Source of the DNA: an uncultured Lachnospiraceae bacterium
GTDB lineage: Bacteria; Bacillota; Clostridia; Lachnospirales; Lachnospiraceae
Assembly: GCA_948688495.1 (NCBI GenBank)
Contig: CAPQSW010000007.1
Span: forward strand, 35,084 to 99,083
Length of the DNA: 64,000 nt
Reading direction: 5' to 3'
Positions within the stretch are counted from its first letter, which is position 1. Each line of letters opens with the position of its first letter. This document shows positions 56,306-64,000 of the stretch, in pieces. The position numbers and the translations under genes are program-made. The notes under the pieces are model-generated. The model ran no database searches and had not been told where the DNA came from. It saw only the letters and a list, made by a program, of their open reading frames with translations.

Positions 56306-58330
56306 ATGAAAAAAGAGAATGTATGGAAACAGGCGCTTGCCCTGGTTATGTCCGCTGCTCTTGTACTTGGAAACGTTTCACCGGTTTCCGCTGCTACAGG
56401 AGATGTTACGGCAGGAACAACAGGCGCTACAACAGAAGGGACGGCTGGCGACTCGTCATCCGTAAGCAATCAGGATGCGTATAAGGAGCTGAAGTTTGAC
56501 TTTGAAGATGGTCAGCGGGAGGTTTCAGGGGACAATGCAACTTACACTGAGAATGGTATCTCGTTTACCGGCTCTAAGAGTATTGAAGTTGTAGATGCGC
56601 CTGTTGTAAGTGGAGATGATGCACAGCGTGGTAAGGCATTAAAGTTTTCTGCGAAAAGGGCGGCAACGAATGGTGCAAGTGAGGAGGTAGTAACCGGTAC
56701 AACCAGCCTTACGACTGCACAGGAAGCGCTTTCTAAGTATGATTTTTCCAATGGAGTTACATTTTCCATGGATATTTTTCCAAATGAGGATCAGTCTGAC
56801 TGGGGTTATTTATTTGGTCTAGGCACATTCAACGATGAGGGACATTATGTGACCGGAACACTTGGATTTATTGCAGGTTTTGGTGCGCCATGGGAACCGC
56901 TTTTCCCGCACAACGCATGGCAGGATAACAATAGTGTGAACAGTAATTACATGTATCTTTGCAAGAATTTAAACAAATGGTATCATTTAGATTACGTCTA
57001 TACTGCAGATGGGTTGACGATCAAAGTTGACGGTGTACCCGCGGTAGCTTATAGACCTGAAAAGGAGAAAATGCAAACGATTCTGCAGAATTTGAGCAAG
57101 GGACAGCTTCGTCTTGCTCAGGGACCGGATCTTAAGAATGAGGGCTTTTTAGGCTATATGGATAATGTAACCATTACTCCGGTAGCGCCACATCAACATA
57201 CGTATACAGATGCTGATATTATTAGTGAAACGCAGGCAACTTGTACAACACCTGGAACGGCAACAGTAAGATGCTCCACATGTGGCGGAACTGTAACCGT
57301 TGAGAGGAGTCCCGCACTGGGTCATGCTTACACCCATATTCCGGAAAAAGCTGCAACCTGTACGGAAGCAGGTAATCGTGACCATTATAAATGTTCAAGA
57401 TGCTACGGTTATTTTGTGAGTGGCGATGATGGAGTGCAGTCATCTACCAAGAAGGATGTTACATTACCGGCAGCAGGCCATGATTATGCGGATCCAGTGA
57501 CGACAAAGGCGACAGCCACGACGGACGGCAAGACTACAAAGACATGTAAAAACTGTGCAGAAGGAACTACCGGACATTCCGTGACAGAAGTGATTGCCAA
57601 GGCAAGCAACATTACCTTGGAGAAGACCAGCTATACCTATACGGGCAAAGCTATTACACCTAAGGTTACTGTAAAGGACAGAGCAAATAATGTGATTGAT
57701 GCAGCAAACTACACAATTACTTATAAGAATAATATTAAGGCCGGTAAGGCTACGGCAGTAATTACTTTTAAGGGTGACAAATATGCCGGAGTAGTTAACA
57801 GGGAATTTACAATTACAGCGGCAGTCAGCCTGACATTAAATAAATCAAGCGTTACACTGTATACAGGAAAGGCTTCTAAAACCATAACGGTTAAGGCAAC
57901 CGTGAAAGGTACGTCCCAGAAAGTAACATGGAAAACCAGCAATAAGAAGGTTGCCAAAGTAGATTCGAAGGGTAAGATTACTGCTGTCGGCAAAGGTACG
58001 GCAAACGTTACGGCTACGGTAAATGGAATCAAGAAGACCGTTAAAGTTACGGTTAAGAATCCTACCATTACGGTAAAGAATGGCAAGAAGGCCGTTAAGA
58101 ATAAGAAGACTGTTACTGTTAAGAAAAAGAAGAGTGTGAAGCTGACAGTAAGTGAGAAGCCGAAGAAATCTGGCGTCACTGTTAAGAAACTTTCCAAGAA
58201 GGATGCAAAAATTGCTTCTGTGACCTATAAGAAGGGCAAGCTCACAATCAAGGGTAAGAAGAAAGGTACGGTTTCAGTTAAGATTACGAGTGGAAAGACA
58301 ACATTTACCATTAAGGTTAAAGTGAAATAA
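56306..58330 (+). CDS. Secreted surface protein (LamG-like domain, Cys/His repeats, Ig-like modules, basic tail)
   Basis: Signal peptide; 'WYHLDYV...GYMDNVTI'; 'ATCT..G....C..C...ALGH' repeats; Lys-rich Big_2. Confidence 0.8.
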   Translation: MKKENVWKQALALVMSAALVLGNVSPVSAATGDVTAGTTGATTEGTAGDSSSVSNQDAYKELKFDFEDGQREVSGDNATYTENGISFTGSKSIEVVDAPVVSGDDAQRGKALKFSAKRAATNGASEEVVTGTTSLTTAQEALSKYDFSNGVTFSMDIFPNEDQSDWGYLFGLGTFNDEGHYVTGTLGFIAGFGAPWEPLFPHNAWQDNNSVNSNYMYLCKNLNKWYHLDYVYTADGLTIKVDGVPAVAYRPEKEKMQTILQNLSKGQLRLAQGPDLKNEGFLGYMDNVTITPVAPHQHTYTDADIISETQATCTTPGTATVRCSTCGGTVTVERSPALGHAYTHIPEKAATCTEAGNRDHYKCSRCYGYFVSGDDGVQSSTKKDVTLPAAGHDYADPVTTKATATTDGKTTKTCKNCAEGTTGHSVTEVIAKASNITLEKTSYTYTGKAITPKVTVKDRANNVIDAANYTITYKNNIKAGKATAVITFKGDKYAGVVNREFTITAAVSLTLNKSSVTLYTGKASKTITVKATVKGTSQKVTWKTSNKKVAKVDSKGKITAVGKGTANVTATVNGIKKTVKVTVKNPTITVKNGKKAVKNKKTVTVKKKKSVKLTVSEKPKKSGVTVKKLSKKDAKIASVTYKKGKLTIKGKKKGTVSVKITSGKTTFTIKVKVK

Positions 58331-58343
58331 GTAATCGCTAAAA

Positions 58344-58372
58344 GGACAGCCGCGCAGATGCGCGGCTGTTTT
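58344..58372 (+). terminator. Intrinsic terminator
   Basis: ACAGCCGCGCA-GA-TGCGCGGCTGT-TTT. Confidence 0.85.
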
Positions 58373-58572
58373 GCTGCGTCCATGTTGGTTCATATTGAAA
58401 ATCATATCCACAATAAGATGGCAGGAAGAAAGCTTGGTTGGCACTATTTTTTATGAATTTTTTATATATTTTTAGTGCAATCTTAGCGGAATCTTAGCGC
58501 TTCATATGCAAATAAGTATAATTTTCATTTACAGGAAATCAAAAACAAGGGTAAAATTTCCCTGAATTTATG

Positions 58573-58601
58573 TTGACAATAAAAACTAATGAGAGTACAA
58601 T
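58573..58601 (+). promoter_or_regulatory. SigA promoter of the MATE gene
   Basis: TTGACA-N17-TACAAT. Confidence 0.8.
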
Positions 58602-58645
58602 TAGGAACGCTACGAAAAAATAGACAAATGAATAGGAGGGATGAA

Positions 58646-60034
58646 ATGGATAGCAGAAATACAGAAAAAAACACAGAAAACAAGATGGGTACAATGAAAG
58701 TGAACAAGCTGGTGTGGAACATGTCGCTTCCGATGATGGTATCCATGCTGGTGCAGGCGCTTTATAATATCGTGGACAGTATCTTTGTGGCGCAGTTATC
58801 AGAGGATGCGCTGACAGCGGTATCTCTTGCATTTCCCCTACAGACGCTTATCATTGCAGTTGGAGCGGGTACTGGTGTTGGTATCAATGCCATTTTGTCA
58901 AAATCACTGGGAGAGAAAAATTTTAAGAAGGCAAACGCTGTGGCGCTGAACGGAGGATTTCTTTATATAATGAGTTATCTTTTGTTTTTTGTTTTGGGGT
59001 TTACGGTGGTAAGGCCCTTTTATGCGAGTCAGCTTAAGGGCAGCTCACCTGCAATCTTTGACATGGGTGTGCAGTACCTGAGCATTGTTATGATTTTTTC
59101 TATGGGAATTTTCGGGCAGTTTTTCTTTGAGAGGATTCTGACATCTACCGGAAAGACAATTTTTAGTATGGTGTCACAGCTTTCGGGCGCTATTACAAAT
59201 ATTATTTTAGATCCAATTCTTATTTTCGGGTTGCTTGGTCTGCCGAAGATGGGGGTAGCGGGCGCAGCTGTCGCAACGGTTATCGGGCAGTGTGTGGCTG
59301 CCGTTGTTGCCGGCTTCTGTAATATGAAATTTAACCATGAGATAAATCTGTCCCTAAAGGGATTTCGCTTGAATGGGGCATTGATTGGGAATATTTATAT
59401 GGTGGGCGTTCCTTCTATAATAATGCAGTCTATTGGTTCGGTTATGGTTTACTGTATGAACAAGATTCTTATTGATTTTTCTTCTACAGCAACAGCGGTC
59501 TTCGGGGTTTATTTCAAGCTTCAGAGTTTCTTTTTTATGCCGGTGTTTGGATTGAACAATGGTATCACGCCGATTATCGCCTACAGCTATGGTGCGAGGC
59601 AGAGGAAACGCATGATTAAGACTATCAAGCTTAGTATGGGGATTGCGTTTGGATTGTTGTTATTTGGCTTTGCTGCCTTTGAACTTGTTCCGCATGTTCT
59701 GCTAAAGATGTTTGATGCATCGGAGGAAATGATGGGAATTGGATGCCATGCGCTAAGAGTTATCGGTTTCCATTTTCTGGTAGCGTGGTTCTGTATCATA
59801 GCGATGACTGTTTTTCAAGCACTGGGAAAGGCTGTTTACAGTATGGCTGTTGCTATTTTGAGGCAGTTGGTTGTGTTGGTTCCTGCAGCGTATATTCTTG
59901 CGAAAGCGGGCGGTCTGGATATGGTCTGGTGGTCGTTCCCGATTGCAGAGCTGATGTCCTTTGCGGTGTCGGGAACTTGTCTGATGAGTATTTATAAGAA
60001 AATTATCAAGCCTTTGCCGGAGGGCAGGGAATAA
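58646..60034 (+). CDS. MATE family efflux transporter
   Basis: 'QALYNIVDSIFV', 'NIILDPILIFG..GLPKMGVAGAAVAT', ~12 TM. Confidence 0.95.
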   Translation: MDSRNTEKNTENKMGTMKVNKLVWNMSLPMMVSMLVQALYNIVDSIFVAQLSEDALTAVSLAFPLQTLIIAVGAGTGVGINAILSKSLGEKNFKKANAVALNGGFLYIMSYLLFFVLGFTVVRPFYASQLKGSSPAIFDMGVQYLSIVMIFSMGIFGQFFFERILTSTGKTIFSMVSQLSGAITNIILDPILIFGLLGLPKMGVAGAAVATVIGQCVAAVVAGFCNMKFNHEINLSLKGFRLNGALIGNIYMVGVPSIIMQSIGSVMVYCMNKILIDFSSTATAVFGVYFKLQSFFFMPVFGLNNGITPIIAYSYGARQRKRMIKTIKLSMGIAFGLLLFGFAAFELVPHVLLKMFDASEEMMGIGCHALRVIGFHFLVAWFCIIAMTVFQALGKAVYSMAVAILRQLVVLVPAAYILAKAGGLDMVWWSFPIAELMSFAVSGTCLMSIYKKIIKPLPEGRE

Positions 60035-60041
60035 AAATCAG

Positions 60042-60070
60042 TTGACAACAGAGATAAATTTTAGTATGCT
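60042..60070 (+). promoter_or_regulatory. SigA promoter
   Basis: TTGACA-N17-TATGCT. Confidence 0.7.
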
Positions 60071-60132
60071 GAACTACGTTAGTACAATTATATATCAATA
60101 GGAAAGAGATGGAAAACAAGGAGGAAAGTAGT

Positions 60133-60783
60133 ATGAAAAGGAAGACATTAAAATTTTTTGCATGTGCAGCCATTATGGCAATGACATTATCTGTTACGGC
60201 ATGCGGCGGTTCTGACAAAGAAGATAAAGCGACAGAAACAGAGGCAGAAGGGGATGCAGCAGATGCGACAGATGCAGCAGACGACAGCGCGGACGCAGCA
60301 GATGCGACAGATGCAGCAGATGACAGCACGGATGCAGCAGACGACAGCGCGGGCGCAGCAGATGACAGCACGGATGCGGCAGATGACAGCGCGGACGCAG
60401 CAGATGATGCGACAGACGATAGTGCGGCGGCAGACAGCAGTGCAGCTGCGGGCACTACATTGGAGGAATTGTTCAAGGAGCCGACGGCAAAGGCTGCTTT
60501 TGACAGCATGACTGAGTCCATAGCATCAGAGGGAATGTCTGCTTCTATTAACGCAGTTGGAAATGAGATGATTATGGAAGTTAACATTGAGGACAGTTCC
60601 CTGATTGTAGATGGTCTTAGTGATTCATTGAACGCAGCGTTGGATGCGCAGGCGGAAACATTTAAGACACAGGTGAAGACACTTGACACTTCCGTTGGAC
60701 AGGAAGGTGCATGCACGTTTACCGTACGTTATCTTGATCCAGACGGAAACGTATTGGCAGAGAGATCTTTTAAGGCAGAGTAA
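60133..60783 (+). CDS. Lipoprotein with Asp/Ala-rich repeat linker (DUF4854-like C-domain)
   Basis: Lipobox 'SVTA|C'; 'TLEE.F...TVRYLDPDGNVL'. Confidence 0.8.
   Translation: MKRKTLKFFACAAIMAMTLSVTACGGSDKEDKATETEAEGDAADATDAADDSADAADATDAADDSTDAADDSAGAADDSTDAADDSADAADDATDDSAAADSSAAAGTTLEELFKEPTAKAAFDSMTESIASEGMSASINAVGNEMIMEVNIEDSSLIVDGLSDSLNAALDAQAETFKTQVKTLDTSVGQEGACTFTVRYLDPDGNVLAERSFKAE
60253..60450 (+). repeat. Coding minisatellite (21-bp and 9-bp units; DAADDS[A/T], DAT)
   Basis: Recurrent GA[T/C]GCAGCAGA[T/C]GACAGC[A/G]CG. Confidence 0.9.
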
Positions 60784-60839
60784 TACAAATATTATTAGGA
60801 AAATGCAAGGGCTGAATTGTTACAATTTAAAAAAAGTCC

Positions 60840-60868
60840 TTGCATTTTTTTTAAAGATGTTTTATACT
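60840..60868 (+). promoter_or_regulatory. SigA promoter of the S10 operon
   Basis: TTGCAT-N17-TATACT. Confidence 0.75.
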
Positions 60869-60874
60869 AATATC

Positions 60875-61100
60875 TGCTGTGGCATGATAGCGAGGAAGCG
60901 AGAGGTTGCTGCCGCAAATATGGCAGGTTTTTCCGTGGAGCGAATGTCAAGTTAGGAAACTGGCGACAAGTCACTGTATCACAACAAATTGTCTGCAAGA
61001 AGCAGAAACAACGTGTGTAGTTCATATGACACACACGGAAAAGTGTACAGTCACCGCTTGTCGTACTGAATGAAAGTGCGAAAAGGAGGCGGCTTTTTTT
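60875..61100 (+). promoter_or_regulatory. Structured 5' leader of the S10 operon
   Basis: 'GAAGCGAGAGGTTGC...CGTGGAG' resembles Firmicute rpsJ leaders; long stem CGACAAG/CTTGTCG with ACTGTA/TACAGT. Confidence 0.65.
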
Positions 61101-61418
61101 ATGGCAAGTCAAGTAATGAGAATCACACTGAAGGCATACGACCATCAGTTAGTGGATGCATCTGCAAAGAAAATTATCGAAACTGTAAAAAAGAATGGAT
61201 CACAGGTGAGCGGACCAGTACCCCTTCCTACGAAGAAAGAAGTGGTTACCATTTTGCGGGCAGTTCACAAGTACAAAGATTCCAGAGAGCAGTTTGAGCA
61301 GAGAACCCACAAGAGGCTGATTGATATTATCACGCCGACCCAGAAGACGGTTGATGCGTTATCCAGACTGGAGATGCCTGCTGGTGTGTACATTGATATC
61401 AAAATGAAGAACAAGTAA
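61101..61418 (+). CDS. rpsJ: 30S ribosomal protein S10
   Basis: 'RITLKAYDH', 'GPVPLPT', '[11 protein letters not shown]'. Confidence 0.98.
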   Translation: MASQVMRITLKAYDHQLVDASAKKIIETVKKNGSQVSGPVPLPTKKEVVTILRAVHKYKDSREQFEQRTHKRLIDIITPTQKTVDALSRLEMPAGVYIDIKMKNK

Positions 61419-61542
61419 CATTAAGGTAACAATCCTGACAGGTTTATGCATATATACTCTGTTCTAGGATGAACGGTTCCGCTGCCCCATGATAAATATG
61501 GGTATGAAGCGTTCCGCTGTAGAGAAAACAGGAGGTAAAAGA

Positions 61543-62226
61543 ATGAAGAAAGCGATTTTAGCTACAAAAGTCGGAATGACTCAAATCTTCAACACAGACG
61601 GCGTATTAGTGCCGGTTACAGTGCTGCAGGCTGGCCCTTGTGTTGTAACTCAGATTAAGACTGAGGAAAACGATGGATACAGCGCAGTTCAGGTTGGCTT
61701 TGTTGACAAGAAAGATAAGATTGTGAACAAGGATGCTAACGGCAAGAAAGAAATCAGACACAGGCATGGAGCTACGAAGGCAGAGAAAGGTCATTTTGAC
61801 AAGGCCGGCGTATCCAGCAAGAGGTTTGTAAGAGAGTTTAAGCTTGAGAATGCTGCTGATTATAAATTAGCAGACGAAATCAAAGCTGATATTTTTGCAG
61901 AGGGCGACAAGATTGACGCTACTGCAATTTCCAAAGGAAAAGGATTTCAGGGCGCTATTAAGAGACATGGCCAGCATAGAGGGCCGATGGCGCACGGTTC
62001 TAAGTTCCATCGTCATCAGGGTTCTAATGGTGCATGTTCCAGCCCGAGTAAGGTGTTTAAAGGAAAAGGGATGCCGGGACATATGGGTTGTGTAAAAGTC
62101 ACTGTTCAGAATTTGGAAGTTGTCAGAGTGGACGCTGAAAACAATCTGCTTTTGATAAAAGGCTCTGTACCGGGACCGAAGAAATCTTTAGTAACTATTA
62201 AAGAGACCGTGAAGAAAGAAAAATAG
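61543..62226 (+). CDS. rplC: 50S ribosomal protein L3
   Basis: 'KVGMTQIF', 'SKGKGFQG', 'MPGHMG'. Confidence 0.98.
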   Translation: MKKAILATKVGMTQIFNTDGVLVPVTVLQAGPCVVTQIKTEENDGYSAVQVGFVDKKDKIVNKDANGKKEIRHRHGATKAEKGHFDKAGVSSKRFVREFKLENAADYKLADEIKADIFAEGDKIDATAISKGKGFQGAIKRHGQHRGPMAHGSKFHRHQGSNGACSSPSKVFKGKGMPGHMGCVKVTVQNLEVVRVDAENNLLLIKGSVPGPKKSLVTIKETVKKEK

Positions 62227-62262
62227 TGCCTGGGAAGGAAAGATGAAAGGAGGAACTTAGAG

Positions 62263-62883
62263 ATGGCTAATGTAGCTGTTTATAATATGAAAGGCGAAGA
62301 AGTTGGAAGCCTTGAGCTGAATGATGCAGTGTTCGGTGCGAAGATTAATGAGCATCTGGTACACATGGCAGTCGTACAGCAGCTCGCAAACAACCGCCAG
62401 GGTACGCAGAAGGCAAAGACGCGTTCTGAGGTGCGTGGCGGAGGAAGAAAACCGTGGAGACAGAAGGGAACCGGTCATGCAAGACAGGGTTCTATTCGGG
62501 CACCACAGTGGAAGGGCGGTGGAGTGGTATTTGCCCCCACGCCGAGAGATTATTCTTTCAAGTTAAACAAAAAGGAAAAGAGGGCGGCACTGAAATCTGT
62601 GCTGACTTCCAAGGTAAATGACAGCAAGTTCATTGTTTTGGACGAGTTGAAGCTGGATGAAATTAAGACAAAGAAGTTCAAAGAAGTAATGGAGAATCTG
62701 AAAGTTGGCAAGGCGCTGGTAATCATTAACGAGAATGATAAGAATATCGTATTGTCTGCAAGGAATCTTCCGAGCATCAAAATGGCGCTTACCAATACCA
62801 TCAATGTATATGATATTTTGAAGTACGACACCGTAGTAGCAACCAAGGATGCCGTAGCAACAATCGAGGAGGTGTATGCATAA
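62263..62883 (+). CDS. rplD: 50S ribosomal protein L4
   Basis: '[20 protein letters not shown]'. Confidence 0.98.
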   Translation: MANVAVYNMKGEEVGSLELNDAVFGAKINEHLVHMAVVQQLANNRQGTQKAKTRSEVRGGGRKPWRQKGTGHARQGSIRAPQWKGGGVVFAPTPRDYSFKLNKKEKRAALKSVLTSKVNDSKFIVLDELKLDEIKTKKFKEVMENLKVGKALVIINENDKNIVLSARNLPSIKMALTNTINVYDILKYDTVVATKDAVATIEEVYA

Positions 62884-63182
62884 TGGCAAACGTACAATAT
62901 TATGACGTAATCCTCAAGCCGGTTGTCACAGAAAAGAGTATGAATTTAATGGGCGAGAAGAAATATACTTTTCTGGTACATCCCGAAGCAAACAAGACCA
63001 TGATTAAAGAGGCCGTTGAAAAGATGTTCGAGGGAACTAAGGTTAAGAAAGTAAATACCATGAACATTCCGGGCAAGAAGAAAAGACGGGGAATGGTAGT
63101 TGGAAGAACGGCTAAGAGTAAGAAAGCAATCGTTCAGTTGACGGAGGACAGCAAAGATATTGAGATTTTTGCTGGATTATAG
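62883..63182 (+). CDS. rplW: 50S ribosomal protein L23
   Basis: 'KPVVTEKS', '[11 protein letters not shown]', 'KKAIV.L'. Confidence 0.97.
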   Translation: MANVQYYDVILKPVVTEKSMNLMGEKKYTFLVHPEANKTMIKEAVEKMFEGTKVKKVNTMNIPGKKKRRGMVVGRTAKSKKAIVQLTEDSKDIEIFAGL

Positions 63183-63234
63183 GAACTTAACGAGTAAAGC
63201 ATTAATCAATTGATGGAATGAAAGGAGAACCACA

Positions 63235-64000
63235 ATGGGAATTAAGACATATAACCCATATACACCTTCAAGAAGAAATATGACTGGTTCTGATTTTTCT
63301 GAGATTACGAAGAAGAAACCGGAGAAATCTCTGTTAGTTTCCCTTCAGAAACAGTCCGGCCGTAACAATCAGGGTAAAATTACGGTAAGACACCGCGGAG
63401 GCGGTTCCAGAAGGAAATATAGAATCATTGATTTTAAGAGAAATAAGAAAGATGGAATCCCAGCAACAGTAATTGGAATTGAGTACGATCCGAACAGAAC
63501 GGCAAATATTGCTTTGATCTGCTATGCAGACGGTGAAAAGAAATATATTATTGCCCCGGAAGGATTGACAGATGGCATGAAAGTCATGGAAGGACCGGAA
63601 GCTGAAATCAGAGTAGGCAACTGCCTGCCTCTTGAGAATATCCCGGTTGGTACCCAGGTGCACAACATTGAACTGCATCCGGGCAAGGGTGGACAGATGG
63701 TGCGTTCCGCAGGAAACAGTGCACAGCTGATGGCGAAGGAAGGCAGATATGCAACCCTTAGGCTGCCCTCCGGCGAGATGAGAATGGTGCCGATTGTGTG
63801 CAGGGCAACCGTTGGTGTAGTTGGAAATGCAGACCACAACCTGATTAAAATCGGTAAGGCAGGACGTAAGCGTCACATGGGTATCCGCCCGACTGTCCGT
63901 GGATCTGTTATGAACCCCAATGACCATCCGCATGGTGGTGGAGAAGGTAAGACCGGAATCGGCCGTCCTGGTCCATGTACCCCCTGGGGTAAACCTGCAC
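63235..64000 (+). CDS. rplB: 50S ribosomal protein L2 (3'-truncated; absent from ORF track)
   Basis: Own translation: [14 protein letters not shown]...[16 protein letters not shown]...[12 protein letters not shown]...[20 protein letters not shown]. Confidence 0.98.
   Translation, partial: MGIKTYNPYTPSRRNMTGSDFSEITKKKPEKSLLVSLQKQSGRNNQGKITVRHRGGGSRRKYRIIDFKRNKKDGIPATVIGIEYDPNRTANIALICYADGEKKYIIAPEGLTDGMKVMEGPEAEIRVGNCLPLENIPVGTQVHNIELHPGKGGQMVRSAGNSAQLMAKEGRYATLRLPSGEMRMVPIVCRATVGVVGNADHNLIKIGKAGRKRHMGIRPTVRGSVMNPNDHPHGGGEGKTGIGRPGPCTPWGKPA

Noticed and set aside
63334..63933. Minus-strand 199-aa ORF
   Set aside because: Antisense shadow of rplB

Overview
A 64 kb chromosomal window from a motile, spore-forming Clostridia, most likely Lachnospiraceae (inferred from gene content and order). 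Genes lie mostly on the + strand. In order: the end of a flagellar locus (FliK-like/DUF6240 gene, flagellin, fliS), yaaL and bofA; an 11-gene Tad/Flp pilus-like locus, including a 58-aa Flp pilin absent from the ORF track and ending in a DUF6382-like/FHA gene; housekeeping genes (HIT, murG, pgi, MCP, SH3-SleB hydrolase, nfeD/SPFH, argF, birA, coaX, dusB, greA); and a lysS carrying an in-frame C-terminal HD-hydrolase domain. A ~20 kb block of large secreted proteins follows (an Ig-repeat protein, two tandem LamG/FIVAR paralogues of 2128 aa each, a GH53 galactanase), then Rrf2, a PadR module, pdxT/pdxS/pdxR, another LamG surface protein, MATE, an acidic-repeat lipoprotein and the start of the S10 operon. 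No rRNA, tRNA, CRISPR array, transposase or prophage was seen. Best leads: the LysRS-HD fusion (possible dinucleotide-alarmone synthase/hydrolase), an unannotated structured minus-strand RNA at ~21.5 kb, the Tad locus with a Zn-finger pseudopilin and FHA partner, the twin giant non-catalytic surface proteins, and micro-duplications at gene boundaries. All family assignments come from motif recognition by eye, not database searches.
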